Of a stretch of DNA of 64,000 nt, positions 35,501 to 50,500 are shown piece by piece. Both the position numbers and the translations under genes were made by a program. A model generated the notes under the pieces. The model worked only from the letters and a program-made list of their open reading frames with translations, had not been told where the DNA came from and ran no database searches. The DNA is from Azolla caroliniana (lineage: Eukaryota; Plantae; Polypodiophyta): the NCBI GenBank assembly GCA_043228905.1, contig JBHGNT010000039.1:124001-188000 (forward strand). The letters run 5' to 3'. How positions within the stretch are numbered: the first letter of the stretch is position 1; each line of letters opens with the position of its first letter.

Positions 35501-38500
35501 ATTTCGTCATATCTCTCGACCTGAGTTTCAAAATCTTGATTTTTTAAATCCATATCATAGCTAGCGTTGTTGGCTTCGATTCGCATGTTTGAACACAAAA
35601 ATCCGATATCACACGAGCCAGGTATGAACATTTTAATTTACTCAAGGGCTCCTCTCAACTCCCTCCTCAAATTTTGTAATTTCGTCATGTCTCTCGACCT
35701 GGGTTTCATAATCTTGATATTTTAATTCCATATCATAGCTAGCGTTGTTAGCTTCGATTCGCATGTTTGAACACAAAAATCCGATATCACACGAGCTAGG
35801 TATGAACATTTTAATTTACTCAAGGGCTCCTCTCAACAGCCTCCTCAAATTTTGTAATTTCGTCATGTCTCTCGACCTGGGTTTCAAAATCTTGATTTTT
35901 TAATTCCATATCATAGCTAGCGTTGTTAGCTTCGATTCGCATGTTTGAACACAAAAATCCGATATCACACGAGCCAGGTATGAACATTGTAATTTACCTA
36001 CTAGCTCCTCTCAACTCCCTCCTCAAATTTTGTAATTTCGTCATGTCTCTCGACCTTAGTTTCAAAATCTTGATTTTTTAATTCCATATTATAGCTAGCG
36101 TTGTTAGCTTCGATTCGCATGTTTGAACACAAAAATCCGATATAACACGAGCCAGGTATGAACATTTTAATTTACTCAAGGGCTCCTCTCAACTCCCTCC
36201 TCAAATTTGGTAATTTCGTCATGTCTCTTGACCTGAGTTTCAAAATCTTGATTTTTTAATTCCATATCATAGCTAGCGTTGTTAGCTTCGATTCGCATGT
36301 TTGAACACAAAAATCCGATATCACACGAGCCAGGTATGAACATTTTAATTTACTCAAGGGCTCCTCTCAACTCCCTCCTCAAATTTGGTAATTTCGTCAT
36401 GTCTCTCGACCTGGGTTTCAAAATCTTGATTTTTTAATTCCATATCATAGCTAGCGTTGTTAGCTTTGATTCGCATGTTTGAACACAAAAATCCGATATC
36501 ACACGAGCCAGGTATGAACATTTTAATTTACTCAAGGGCTCCTCTCAACTCCCTCCTCAAATTTGGTAATTTCGTCATGTCTCTTGACCTGAGTTTCAAA
36601 ATCTTCATTTTTTAATTCCATATCATAGCTAGCGTTGTTAGCTTCGATTCGCATGTTTGTACACAAATATCCGATATCACACGAGCTAGGTATGAACATT
36701 TTAATTTACTCAAGGGCTCCTCTCAACTCACTCCTCAAATTTGCGAATTTCGTCATGTCTCTCGACGTTCATTTCAAAATCTTGATTTTTTAATTCCATA
36801 TCATAGCTAGCGTTGTTAGCTTCGATTCGCATGTTTGAACACAAAAATCCGATATCACACGAGCCAGGTATGCACATTTTAATTTACTCAAGGGCTCCTC
36901 TCAACTCCCTCCTCAAATTTGGTAATTTCGTCATGTCTCTCGACCTGGGTTTCAAAATCTTGATTTTTTAATTCCATATCATAGCTAGCGTTGTTAGCTT
37001 TGATTCGCATGTTTGAACACAAAAATCCGATATCACACGAGCCAGGTATGAACATTTTAATTTACTCAAGGGCTCCTCTCAACTCCCTCCTCAAATTTGG
37101 TAATTTCGTCATGTCTCTTGACCTGAGTTTCAAAATCTTGATTTTTTAATTCCATATCATAGGTAGCGTTGTTAGCTTCGATTCGCATGTTTGTACACAA
37201 ATATCCGATATCACACGAGCTAGGTATGAACATTTTAATTTACTCAAGGGCTCCTCTCAACTCACTCCTCAAATTTGCTAATTTCGTCATGTCTCTCGAC
37301 GTTCATTTCAAAATCTTGATTTTTTAATTCCATATCATAGCTAGCGTTGTTAGCTTCGATTCGCATGTTTGAACACAAAAATCCGATATCACACGAGCCA
37401 GGTATGAACATTTTAATTTACTCAAGGGCTCCTCTCAACTCCCTCCTCAAATTTGGAAATTTCGTCATGTCTCTTGACCTGAGTTTCAAAATCTTGATTT
37501 TTTAATTCCATATCATAGCTAGCGTTGTTAGCTTCGATTCGCATGTTTGTACACAAATATCCGATATCACACGAGCCAGGTATGCACATTTTAATTTACT
37601 CAAGGGCTCCTCTCAACTCACTCCTCAAATTTGCTAATTTCGTCATGTCTCTCGACGTTAGTTTCAAAATCTTGATTTTTTAATTCCATATCATAGCTAG
37701 CGTTGTTAGCTTCGATTCGCATGTTTGAACACAAAAATCCGATATCACACGAGCCAGGTATGAACATTTTAATTTACTCAAGGGCTCTTCTCAACTCACT
37801 CCTCAAATTTGCTAATTTCGTCATGTCTCTTGACCTGAGTTTCAAAATCTTGATTTTTTAATTCCATATCATAGCTAGCGTTGTTAGCTTCGATTCGCAT
37901 GTTTGAACACAAAAATCCGATATCACACGAGCCAGGTATGAACATTTTAATTTACTCAAGGGCTCCTCTCAACTCACTCCTCAAATTTGCTAATTTCGTC
38001 ATGTCTCTCGACCTTAGTTTCAAAATCTTGATTTTTTAATTCCATATCATAGCTAGCGTTGTTAGCTTCGATTCGCATGTTTGAACACAAAAATCCGATA
38101 TCACACGTGCTAGGTATAACCAATTTAATTTACTCAAGGGCTCCTCTCAACTCACTCCTCAAATTTGCTAATTTCGTCATGTCTCTTGACCTGAGTTTCA
38201 AAATCTTGATTTTTTAATTCCATATCATAGGTAGCGTTGTTAGCTTCGATTCGCATGTTTGTACACAAATATCCGATATCACACGAGCTAGGTAGGAACA
38301 TTTTAATTTACTCAAGGGCTCCTCTCAACTCACTCCTCAAATTTGCTAATTTCGTCATGTCTCTCGACGTTAGTTTCAAAATCTTGATTTTTTAATTCCA
38401 TATCATAGCTAGCGTCGTTAGCTTCGATTCGCATGTTTGAACACAAAAATCCGATATCACACGAGCCAGGTATGAACATTTTAATTTACTCAAGGGCTCT

Positions 38501-41500
38501 TCTCAACTCACTCCTCAAATTTGCTAATTTCGTCATGTCTCTCGACGTTAGTTTCAAAATCTTGATTTTTTAATTCCATATCATAGCTAGCGTTGTTAGC
38601 TTCGATTCGCATGTTTGAACACAAAAATCCGATATCACACGAGCCAGGTATGAACATTTTAATTTACTCAAGGGCTCCTCTCAACTCACTCCTCAAATTT
38701 GCTAATTTCGTCATGTCTCTCGACCTTAGTTTCAAAATCTTGATTTTTTAATTCCATATCATAGCTAGCGTTGTTAGCTTCGATTCGCATGTTTGAACAC
38801 AAAAATCCGATATCACACGTGCTAGGTATAACCAATTTAATTTACTCAAGGGCTCCTCTCAACTCACTCCTCAAATTTGCTAATTTCGTCATGTCTCTTG
38901 ACCTGAGTTTCAAAATCTTGATTTTTTAATTCCATATCATAGGTAGCGTTGTTAGCTTCGATTCGCATGTTTGTACACAAATATCCGATATCACACGAGC
39001 TAGGTATGAACATTTTAATTTACTCAAGGGCTCCTCTCAACTCACTCCTCAAATTTGCTAATTTCGTCATGTCTCTCGACGTTCATTTCAAAATCTTGAT
39101 TTTTTAATTCCATATCATAGCTAGCGTTGTTAGCTTCGATTCGCATGTTTGAACACAAAAATCCGATATCACACGAGCCAGGTATGAACATTTTAATTTA
39201 CTCAAGGGCTCCTCTCAACTCACTCCTCAAATTTGCTAATTTCGTCATGTCTCTCGACCTTAGTTTCAAAATCTTGATTTTTTAATTCCATATCATAGCT
39301 AGCGTTGTTAGCTTCGATTCGCATGTTTGAACACAAAAATCCGATATCACACGAGCCAGGTATGAACAGTGTAATTTACTCAAGGGCTCTTCTCAACTCA
39401 CTCCTCAAATTTGCTAATTTCGTCATGTCTCTCGACGTTAGTTTCAAAATCTTGATTTTTTAATTCCATATCATAGCTAGCGTTGTTAGCTTCGATTCGC
39501 ATGTTTGAACACAAAAATCCGATATCACACGAGCCAGGTATGAACATTTTAATTTACTCAAGGGCTCCTCTCAACTCACTCCTCAAATTTGCTAATTTCG
39601 TCATGTCTCTCGACCTTAGTTTCAAAATCTTGATTTTTTAATTCCATATCATAGCTAGCGTTGTTAGCTTCGATTCGCATGTTTGAACACAAAAATCCGA
39701 TATCACACGTGCTAGGTATAACCAATTTAATTTACTCAAGGGCTCCTCTCAACTCACTCCTCAAACTTGCTAATTTCGTCATGTCTCTCGACCTGAGTTT
39801 CAAAATCTTGATTTTTTAATTCCATATCATAGCTAGCGTTGTTAGCTTCGATTCGCATGTTTGAACACAAAAATCCGATATCACACGAGCTAGGTATGAA
39901 CATTTTTATTTACTCAAGGGTTCCTCTCAACTCCCTCGTCAAGGTTGCTAATTTCGTCATACCTCTCGACCTGAGTTTCAAAATCTTGATTTTTTAAATC
40001 CATATCATAGCTAGCGTCGTTAGCTTCGATTCGCATGTTTGAACACAAAAATCCGATATCACACGAGCCAGGTATGAACATTTTAATTTACTCAAGGGCT
40101 CTTCTCAACTCACTCCTCAAATTTGCTAATTTCGTCATGTCTCTCGACGTTAGTTTCAAAATCTTGATTTTTTAATTCCATATCATAGCTAGCGTCGTTA
40201 GCTTCGATTCGCATGTTTGAACACAAAAATCCGATATCACACGAGCCAGGTATGAACATTTTAATTTACTCAAGGGCTCTTCTCAACTCACTCCTCAAAT
40301 TTGCTAATTTCGTCATGTCTCTCGACGTTAGTTTCAAAATCTTGATTTTTTAATTCCATATCATAGCTAGCGTTGTTAGCTTCGATTCGCATGTTTGAAC
40401 ACAAAAATCCGATATCACACGAGCCAGGTATGAACATTTTAATTTACTCAAGGGCTCCTCTCAACTCACTCCTCAAATTTGCTAATTTCGTCATGTCTCT
40501 CGACCTTAGTTTCAAAATCTTGATTTTTTAATTCCATATCATAGCTAGCGTTGTTAGCTTCGATTCGCATGTTTGAACACAAAAATCCGATATCACACGT
40601 GCTAGGTATAACCAATTTAATTTACTCAAGGGCTCCTCTCAACTCACTCCTCAAATTTGCTAATTTCGTCATGTCTCTCGACCTTAGTTTCAAAATCTTC
40701 ATTTTTTAATTCCATATCATAGCTAGCGTTGTTAGCTTCGATTCGCATGTTTGAACACAAAAATCCGATATCACACGAGTTAGGTATCAACATTTTAATT
40801 TACTCAAGGGTTCCTCTCAACTCCCTCGTCAAGGTTGCTAATTTCGTCATATCTCTCGACCTGAGTTTCAAAATCTTGATTTTTTAAATCCATATCATAG
40901 CTAGCGTTGTTGGCTTCGATTCGCATGTTTGAACACAAAAATCCGATATCACACGAGCCAGGTATGAACATTGTAATTTACCTACTAGCTCTTCTCAACT
41001 CACTCCTCAAACTTGCTAATTTCTTCATGTCTCTCGACCTGAGTCTCAAAATCTTGATTTTTTAATTCCATATCATAGCTAGCGTTGTTAGCTTCGATTC
41101 GCATGTTTGAACACAAAAATCCGATATCACACGAGCCAGGTATGAACATTTTAATTTACTCAAGGGCTCCTCTCAACTCCCTCCTCAAATTTTGTAATTT
41201 CGTCATGTCTCTCGACCTGGGTTTCAAAATCTTGATTTTTTTAATTCCATATCATAGCTAGCGTTGTTAGCTTCGATTCGCATGTTTGAACACAAAAATC
41301 CGATATCACACGAGCCAGGTATGAACATTTTAATTTACGCAAGGGCTCTTCTCAACTCCCTCCTCAAATTTGCTAATTTCGTCATGTCTCTCGACCTGGG
41401 TTTCATAATCTTGATTTTTTAATTCCATATCATAGCTAGCGTTGTTAGCTTCGATTCGCATGTTTGAACACAAAAATCCGATATCACACGAGCCAGGTAT

Positions 41501-44500
41501 GAACATTTTAATTTACTCAAGGGCTCCTCTCAACTCCCTCCTCAAATTTGCTAATTTCGTCATGTCTCTCGACCTTAGTTTCAAAATCTTGATTTTTTAA
41601 TTCCATATCATAGCTAGCGTTGTTAGCTTCGATTCGCATGTTTGAACACAAAAATCCGATATCACACGAGTTAGGTATCAACATTTTTATTTACTCAAGG
41701 GTTCCTCTCAACTCCCTCGTCAAGGTTGCTAATTTCGTCATATCTCTCGACCTGAGTTTCAAAATCTTGATTTTTTAAATCCATATCATAGCTAGCGTTG
41801 TTGGCTTCGATTCGCATGTTTGAACACAAAAATCCGATATCACACGAGCCAGGTATGAACATTGTAATTTACCTACTAGCTCTTCTCAACTCACTCCTCA
41901 AACTTGCTAATTTCTTCATGTCTCTCGACCTGAGTCTCAAAATCTTGATTTTTTAATTCCATATCATAGCTAGCGTTGTTAGCTTCGATTCGCATGTTTG
42001 AACACAAAAATCCGATATCACACGAGCCAGGTATGAACATTTTAATTTACTCAAGGGCTCCTCTCAACTCCCTCCTCAAATTTTGTAATTTCGTCATGTC
42101 TCTCGACCTGGGTTTGAAAATCTTGATTTTTTAATTCCATATCATAGCTAGCGTTGTTAGCTTCGATTCGCATGTTTGAACACAAAAATCCGATATCACA
42201 CGAGCCAGGTATGAACATTTTAATTTACTCAAGGGCTCTTCTCAACTCCCTCCTCAAATTTGCTAATTTCGTCATGTCTCTCGACGTTAGTTTCAAAATC
42301 TTGATTTTCTAATTCCATATCATAGCTAGCGTTGTTAGCTTCGATTCGCATGTTTGAACACAAAAATCCCATATCACACGTGCTAGGTATAACCAATTTA
42401 ATTTACTCAAGGGCTCTTCTCAACTCACTCCTCAAATTTGGTAATTTCGTCATGTCTCTCGACCTTAGTTTCAAAATCTTGATTTTTTAATTCCATATCA
42501 TAGCTATCGTTGTTAGCTTCGATTCGCATGTTTGAACACAAAAATCCGATATCACACGAGTTAGGTATCAACATTTTTATTTACTCAAGGGTTCCTCTCA
42601 ACTCCCTCGTCAAGGTTGCTAATTTCGTCATATCTCTCGACCTAAGTTTCAAAATCTTGATTTTTTAAATCCATATCATAGCTAGCGTTGTTGGCTTCGA
42701 TTCGCATGTTTGAACACAAAAATCCGATATCACACGAGCCAGGTATGAACATTGTAATTTACCTACTAGCGCTTCTCAACTCCCTCCTCAAATTTGGTAA
42801 TTTCGTCATGTCTCTCGACCTTAGTTTCAAAATCTTGATTTTTTAATTCCATATCATAGCTAGCGTTGTTAGCTTCGATTCGCATGTTTGAACACAAAAA
42901 TCCGATATCACACGAGCTAGGTATGAACATTTTTATTTACTCAAGGGTTCCTCTCAACTCCCTCGTCAAGGTTGCTAATTTCGTCATACCTCTCGACCTG
43001 AGTTTCAAAATCTTGATTTTTTAAATCCATATCATAGCTAGCGTTGTTAGCTTCGATTCGCATGTTTGAACACAAAAATCCGATATCACACGAGCTAGGT
43101 ATGAACATTTTTATTTACTCAAGGGCTCCTCTCAACTCCCTCGTCAAGGTTGCTAATTTCGTCAAGTCTCTCGACCTGAGTTTCAAAATCTTGATTTTTT
43201 AATTCCATATCATAGCTAGCGTTGTTAGCTTCGATTCACATGTTTGAAAACAAAAATCCGATATCACACGAGCTAGGTATGAACATTTTTATTTACTCAA
43301 GGGCTCCTCTCAACTCCCTCGTCAAGGTTGCTAATTTCGTCATGTCTCTCGACCTTAGTTTCAAAATCTTGATTTTTTTAATTCCATATCATAGCTAGCG
43401 TTGTTAGCTTCGATTCGCATGTTTGAACACAAAAATCCGATATCACACGAGCTAGGTATGAACATTTTTATTTACTCAAGGGCTCCTCTCAACTCCCTCG
43501 TCAAGGTTGCTAATTTCGTCATGTCTCTCGACCTGAGTTTCAAAATCTTGATTTTTTAATTCCATATCATAGCTAACGTTGTTAGCTTCGATTCGCATGT
43601 TTGAACACAGAAATCCGATATCACACGAGCCAGGTATGAACATTTTAATTTACTCAAGGGCTCCTCTCAACTCCCTCCTCAAATTTTGTAATTTCGTCAT
43701 GTCTCTCGACCTGGGTTTCAAAATCTTGATTTTTTAATTCCATATCATAGCTAGCGTTGTTAGCTTCGATTCGCATGTTTGAACACAAAAATCTGATATC
43801 ACACTCGCTAGGTATAACCATTTTAATTTACTCAAGGGCTCCTCTCAACTCCCTCCTCAAATTTGCTAATTTCGTCATGTCTCTCGACCTTAGTTTCAAA
43901 ATCTTGATGTTTTAATTCCATATCATAGCTAGCGTTGTTAGCTTCGATTCGCATGTTTGAACACAAAAATCCGATATCACACGTGCTAGGTATAACCAAT
44001 TTAATTTACTCAAGGGCTCCTCTCAACTCACTCCTCAAATTTGCTAATTTCGTCATGTCTCTCGACCTTAGTTTCAAAATCTTCATTTTTTAATTCCATA
44101 TCATAGCTAGCGTTGTTAGCTTCGATTCGCATGTTTGAACACAAAAATCCGATATCACACGAGTTAGGTATCAACATTTTTATTTACTCAAGGGTTCCTC
44201 TCAACTCCCTCGTCAAGGTTGCTAATTTCGTCATATCTCTCGACCTGAGTTTCAAAATCTTGATTTTTTAAATCCATATCATAGCTAGCGTTGTTGGCTT
44301 CGATTCGCATGTTTGAACACAAAAATCCGATATCACACGAGCCAGGTATGAACATTGTAATTTACCTACTAGCTCTTCTCAACTCACTCCTCAAACTTGC
44401 TAATTTCTTCATGTCTCTCGACCTGAGTCTCAAAATCTTGATTTTTTAATTCCATATCATAGCTAGCGTTGTTAGCTTCGATTCGCATGTTTGAACACAA

Positions 44501-47500
44501 AAATCCGATATCACACGAGCCAGGTATGAACATTTTAATTTACTCAAGGGCTCCTCTCAACTCCCTCCTCAAATTTTGTAATTTCGTCATGTCTCTCGAC
44601 CTGGGTTTGAAAATCTTGATTTTTTAATTCCATATCATAGCTAGCGTTGTTAGCTTCGATTCGCATGTTTGAACACAAAAATCCGATATCACACGAGTTA
44701 GGTATCAACATTTTTATTTACTCAAGGGTTCCTCTCAACTCCCTCGTCAAGGTTGCTAATTTCGTCATATCTCTCGACCTAAGTTTCAAAATCTTGATTT
44801 TTTAAATCCATATCATAGCTAGCGTTGTTGGCTTCGATTCGCATGTTTGAACACAAAAATCCGATATCACACGAGCCAGGTATGAACATTGTAATTTACC
44901 TACTAGCGCTTCTCAACTCCCTCCTCAAATTTGGTAATTTCGTCATGTCTCTCGACCTTAGTTTCAAAATCTTGATTTTTTAATTCCATATCATAGCTAG
45001 CGTTGTTAGCTTCGATTCGCATGTTTGAACACAAAAATCCGATATCACACGAGCCAGGTATGAACATTTTAATTTACTCAAGGGCTCCTCTCAACTCCCT
45101 CCTCAAATTTTGTAATTTCGTCATGTCTCTCGACCTGGGTTTCAAAATCTTGATTTTTTAATTCCATATCATAGCTAGCGTTGTTAGCTTCGATTCGCAT
45201 GTTTGAACACAAAAATCTGATATCACACTCGCTAGGTATAACCATTTTAATTTACTCAAGGGCTCCTCTCAACTCACTCCTCAAATTTGGTAATTTCGTC
45301 ATGTCTCTCGACCTTAGTTTCAAAATCTTGATTTTTTAATTCCATATCATAGCTAGCGTTGTTAGCTTCGATTCGCATGTTTGAACACAAAAATCCGATA
45401 TCACACGAGCCAGGTATGAACCAATTTAATTTACTCAAGGGCTCCTCTCAACTCCCTCCTCAAATTTGCTAATTTCGTCATGTCTCTCGACCTTAGTTTC
45501 AAAATCTTGATTTTTTAATTCCATATCATAGCTAGCGTTGTTAGCTTCGATTCGCATGTTTGAACACAAAAATCCGATATCACACGAGCCAGGTATGAAC
45601 AGTGTAATTTACTCAAGGGCTCTTCTCAACTCACTCCTCAAATTTGCTAATTTCGTCATGTCTCTCGACGTTAGTTTCAAAATCTTGATTTTTTAATTCC
45701 ATATCATAGCTAGCGTTGTTAGCTTCGATTCGCATGTTTGAACACAAAAATCCGATATCACACGAGCCAGGTATGAACATTTTAATTTACTCAAGGGCTC
45801 CTCTCAACTCACTCCTCAAATTTGCTAATTTCGTCATGTCTCTCGACCTTAGTTTCAAAATCTTGATTTTTTAATTCCATATCATAGCTAGCGTTGTTAG
45901 CTTCGATTCGCATGTTTGAACACAAAAATCCGATATCACACGAGCTAGGTATGAACATTTTTATTTACTCAAGGGCTCCTCTCAACTCCCTCGTCAAGGT
46001 TGCTAATTTCGTCATGTCTCTCGACCTGAGTTTCAAAATCTTGATTTTTTAATTCCATATCATAGCTAGCGTTGTTAGCTTCGATTCGCATGTTTGAACA
46101 CAAAAATCCGATATCACACGTGCTAGGTATAACCAATTTAATTTACTCAAGGGCTCCTCTCAACTCCCTCGTCAAGGTTGCTAATTTCGTCATGTCTCTC
46201 GACCCTAGTTTCAAAATCTTGATTTTTTAATTCCATATCATAGCTAGCGTTGTTGGCTTCGATTCGCATGTTTGAACACAAAAATCCGATATCACACGAG
46301 CCAGGTATGAACATTGTAATTTACCTACTAGCTCTTCTCAACTCCCTCCTCAAATTTGCTAATTTCGTCATGTCTCTCGACCTTAGTTTCAAAATCTTGA
46401 TGTTTTAATTCCATATCATAGCTAGCGTTGTTAGCTTCGATTCGCATGTTTGAACACAAAAATCCGATATCACACGTGCTAGGTATAACCAATTTAATTT
46501 ACTCAAGGGTTCCTCTCAACTCACTCCTCAAATTTGCTAATTTCGTCATGTCTCTCGACCTTAGTTTCAAAATCTTGATTTTTTAATTCCATATCATAGC
46601 TAGCGTTGTTAGCTTCGATTCGCATGTTTGGACACAAAAATCCGATATCACACGAGCCAGGTATGAACCAATTTAATTTACTCAAGGGCTCCTCTCAACT
46701 CCCTCCTCAAATTTGGTAATTTCGTCATGTCTCTCGACCTTAGTTTCAAAATCTTGATTTTTTAATTCCATATCATAGCTAGCGTTGTTAGCTTCGATTC
46801 GCATGTTTGAACACAAAAATCCGATATCACACGAGCTAGGTATGAACATTTTTATTTACTCAAGGGCTCCTCTCAACTCCCTCGTCAAGGTTGCTAATTT
46901 CGTCATGTCTCTCGACCTTAGTTTCAAAATCTTGATTTTTTTAATTCCATGTCATAGCTAGCGTTGTTAGCTTCGATTCGTATGTTTGAACACAAAAATC
47001 TGATATCACACGAGCTAGGTATGAACATTTTAATTTACTCAAGGGCTCCTCTCAACTCCCTCCTCAAATTTGGTAATTTCGTCATGTCTCTCGACCTTAG
47101 TTTCAAAATCTTGATTTTTTAATTCCGTATCATAGCTAGCGTTGTTAGCTTCGATTCACATGTTTGAACACAAAAATCCGATATCACACGAGCTAGGTAT
47201 GAACATTTTTATTTACTCAAGGGCTCCTCTCAACTCCCTCGTCAAGGTTGCTAATTTCGTCATGTCTCTCGACCTTAGTTTCAAAATCTTGATTTTTTTA
47301 ATTCCATATCATAGCTAGCGTTGTTAGCTTCGATTCGCATGTTTGAACACAAAAATCCGATATCACACGAGCTAGGTATGAACATTTTTATTTACTCAAG
47401 GGCTCCTCTCAACTCCCTCGTCAAGGTTGCTAATTTCGTCATGTCTCTCGACCTGAGTTTCAAAATCTTGATTTTTTAAATCCATATCATAGCTAGCGTT

Positions 47501-50500
47501 GTTAGCTTCGATTCACATGTTTGAACACAAAAATCCGATATCACACGAGCTAGGTATGAACATTTTTATTTACTCAAGGGCTCCTCTCAACTCCCTCGTC
47601 AAGGTTGCTAATTTCGTCATGTCTCTCGACCTTACTTTCAAAATCTTGATTTTTTAAATTCCATATCATAGCTAGCGTTGTTAGCTTCGATTCGCATGTT
47701 TGAACACAAAAATCCGATATCACACGAGCTAGGTATGAACATTTTTATTTACTCAAGGGCTCCTCTCAACTCCCTCGTCAAGGTTGCTAATTTCGTCATG
47801 TCTCTCGACCTGAGTTTCAAAATCTTGATTTTTTAATTCCATATCATAGCTAACGTTGTTAGCTTCGATTCGCATGTTTGAACACAGAAATCCGATATCA
47901 CACGAGCCAGGTATGAACATTTTAATTTACTCAAGGGCTCCTCTCAACTCCCTCCTCAAATTTTGTAATTTCGTCATGTCTCTCGACCTGGGTTTCAAAA
48001 TCTTGATTTTTTAATTCCATATCATAGCTAGCGTTGTTAGCTTCGATTCGCATGTTTGAACACAAAAATCTGATATCACACTCGCTAGGTATAACCATTT
48101 TTATTTACTCAAGGGCTCCTCTCAACTCACTCCTCAAGGTTGCTAATTTCGTCATGTCTCTCGACCTGAGTTTCAAAATCTTGATTTTTTAATTCCATAT
48201 CATAGCTAGCGTTGTTAGCTTCGATTCGCATGTTTGAACACAAAAATCCGATATCACACGAGCCAGGTATCAACCAATTTAATTTACTCAAGGGCTCCTC
48301 TCAACTCCCTCCTCAAATTTGCTAATTTCGTCATGTCTCTCGACCTTAGTTTCAAAATCTTGATTTTTTAATTCCATATCATAGCTAGCGTTGTTAGCTT
48401 CGATTCGCATGTTTGAACACAAAAATCCGATATCACACGAGCCAGGTATGAACAGTGTAATTTACTCAAGGGCTCTTCTCAACTCACTCCTCAAATTTGC
48501 TAATTTCGTCATGTCTCTCGACGTTAGTTTCAAAATCTTGATTTTTTAATTCCATATCATAGCTAGCGTTGTTAGCTTCGATTCGCATGTTTGAACACAA
48601 AAATCCGATATCACACGAGCCAGGTATGAACATTTTAATTTACTCAAGGGCTCCTCTCAACTCACTCCTCAAATTTGCTAATTTCGTCATGTCTCTCGAC
48701 CTTAGTTTCAAAATCTTGATTTTTTAATTCCATATCATAGCTAGCGTTGTTAGCTTCGATTCGCATGTTTGAACACAAAAATCCGATATCACACGAGCTA
48801 GGTATGAACATTTTTATTTACTCAAGGGCTCCTCTCAACTCCCTCGTCAAGGTTGCTAATTTCGTCATGTCTCTCGACCTGAGTTTCAAAATCTTGATTT
48901 TTTAATTCCATATCATAGCTAGCGTTGTTAGCTTCGATTCGCATGTTTGAACACAAAAATCCGATATCACACGTGCTAGGTATAACCAATTTAATTTACT
49001 CAAGGGCTCCTCTCAACTCACTCCTCAAACTTGCTAATTTCTTCATGTCTCTCGACCTGAGTTTCAAAATCTTGATTTTTTAATTCCATATCATAGCTAG
49101 CGTTGTTAGCTTCGATTCGCATGTTTGAACACAAAAATCCGATATCACACGAGCTAGGTATGAACATTTTAATTTACTCAAGGGCTCCTCTTAAGTCCCT
49201 CCTCAAATTTTGTAATTTCGTCATGTCTCTCGACCTTAGTTTCAAAATCTTGATTTTTTAATTCCATATCATAGCTAGCGTTGTTAGCTTCGATTCGCAT
49301 GTTTGAACACAAAAATCCGATATCACACGAGCTAGGTATGAACATTTTAATTTACTCAAGGGCTCCTCTCAACTCCCTCCTCAAATTTTGTAATTTCGTC
49401 ATGTCTCTCGACCTGGGTTTCAAAATCTTGATTTTTTAATTCCATATCATAGCTAGCGTTGTTAGCTTCGATTCGAATGTTTGAACACAAAAATCCGATA
49501 TCACACGAGTTAGGTATCAACATTTTTATTTACTCAAGGGTTCCTCTCAACTCCCTCGTCAAGGTTGCTAATTTCGTCATATCTCTCGACCTGAGTTTCA
49601 AAATCTTGATTTTTTAAATCCATATCATAGCTAGCGTTGTTGGCTTCGATTCGCATGTTTGTACACAAATATCCGATATCACACGAGCTAGGTATGAACA
49701 TTTTAATTTACTCAAGGGCTCCTCTCAACTCACTCCTCAAATTTGCTAATTTCGTCATGTCTCTCGACGTTAGTTTCAAAATCTTGATTTTTTAATTCCA
49801 TATCATAGCTAGCGTTGTTAGCTTCGATTCGCATGTTTGAACACAAAAATCCGATATCACACGAGCCAGGTATGAACATTTTAATTTACTCAAGGGCTCC
49901 TCTCAACTCCCTCCTCAAATTTGGTAATTTCGTCATGTCTCTTGACCTGAGTTTCAAAATCTTGATTTTTTAAATCCATATCATAGCTAGCGTTGTTGGC
50001 TTCGATTCGCATGTTTGTACACAAATATCCGATATCACACGAGCTAGGTATGAACATTTTAATTTACTCAAGGGCTCCTCTCAACTCACTCCTCAAATTT
50101 GCTAATTTCGTCATGTCTCTCGACGTTAGTTTCAAAATCTTGATTTTTTAATTCCATATCATAGCTAGCGTTGTTAGCTTCGATTCGCATGTTTGAACAT
50201 AAAAATCCGATATCACACGAGCCAGGTATGAACATTTTAATTTACTCAAGGGCTCCTCTCAACTCCCTCCTCAAATTTGGTAATTTCATCATGTCTCTTG
50301 ACCTGAGTTTCAAAATCTTGATTTTTTAATTCCATATCATAGCTAGCGTTGTTAGCTTCGATTCGCATGTTTGAACACAAAAATCCGATATCACACGAGC
50401 TAGGTATGAACATTTTAATTTACTCAAGGGCTCCTCTCAACTCCCTCCTCAAATTTGGTAATTTCGTCATGTCTCTCGACCTTAGTTTCAAAATCTTGAT

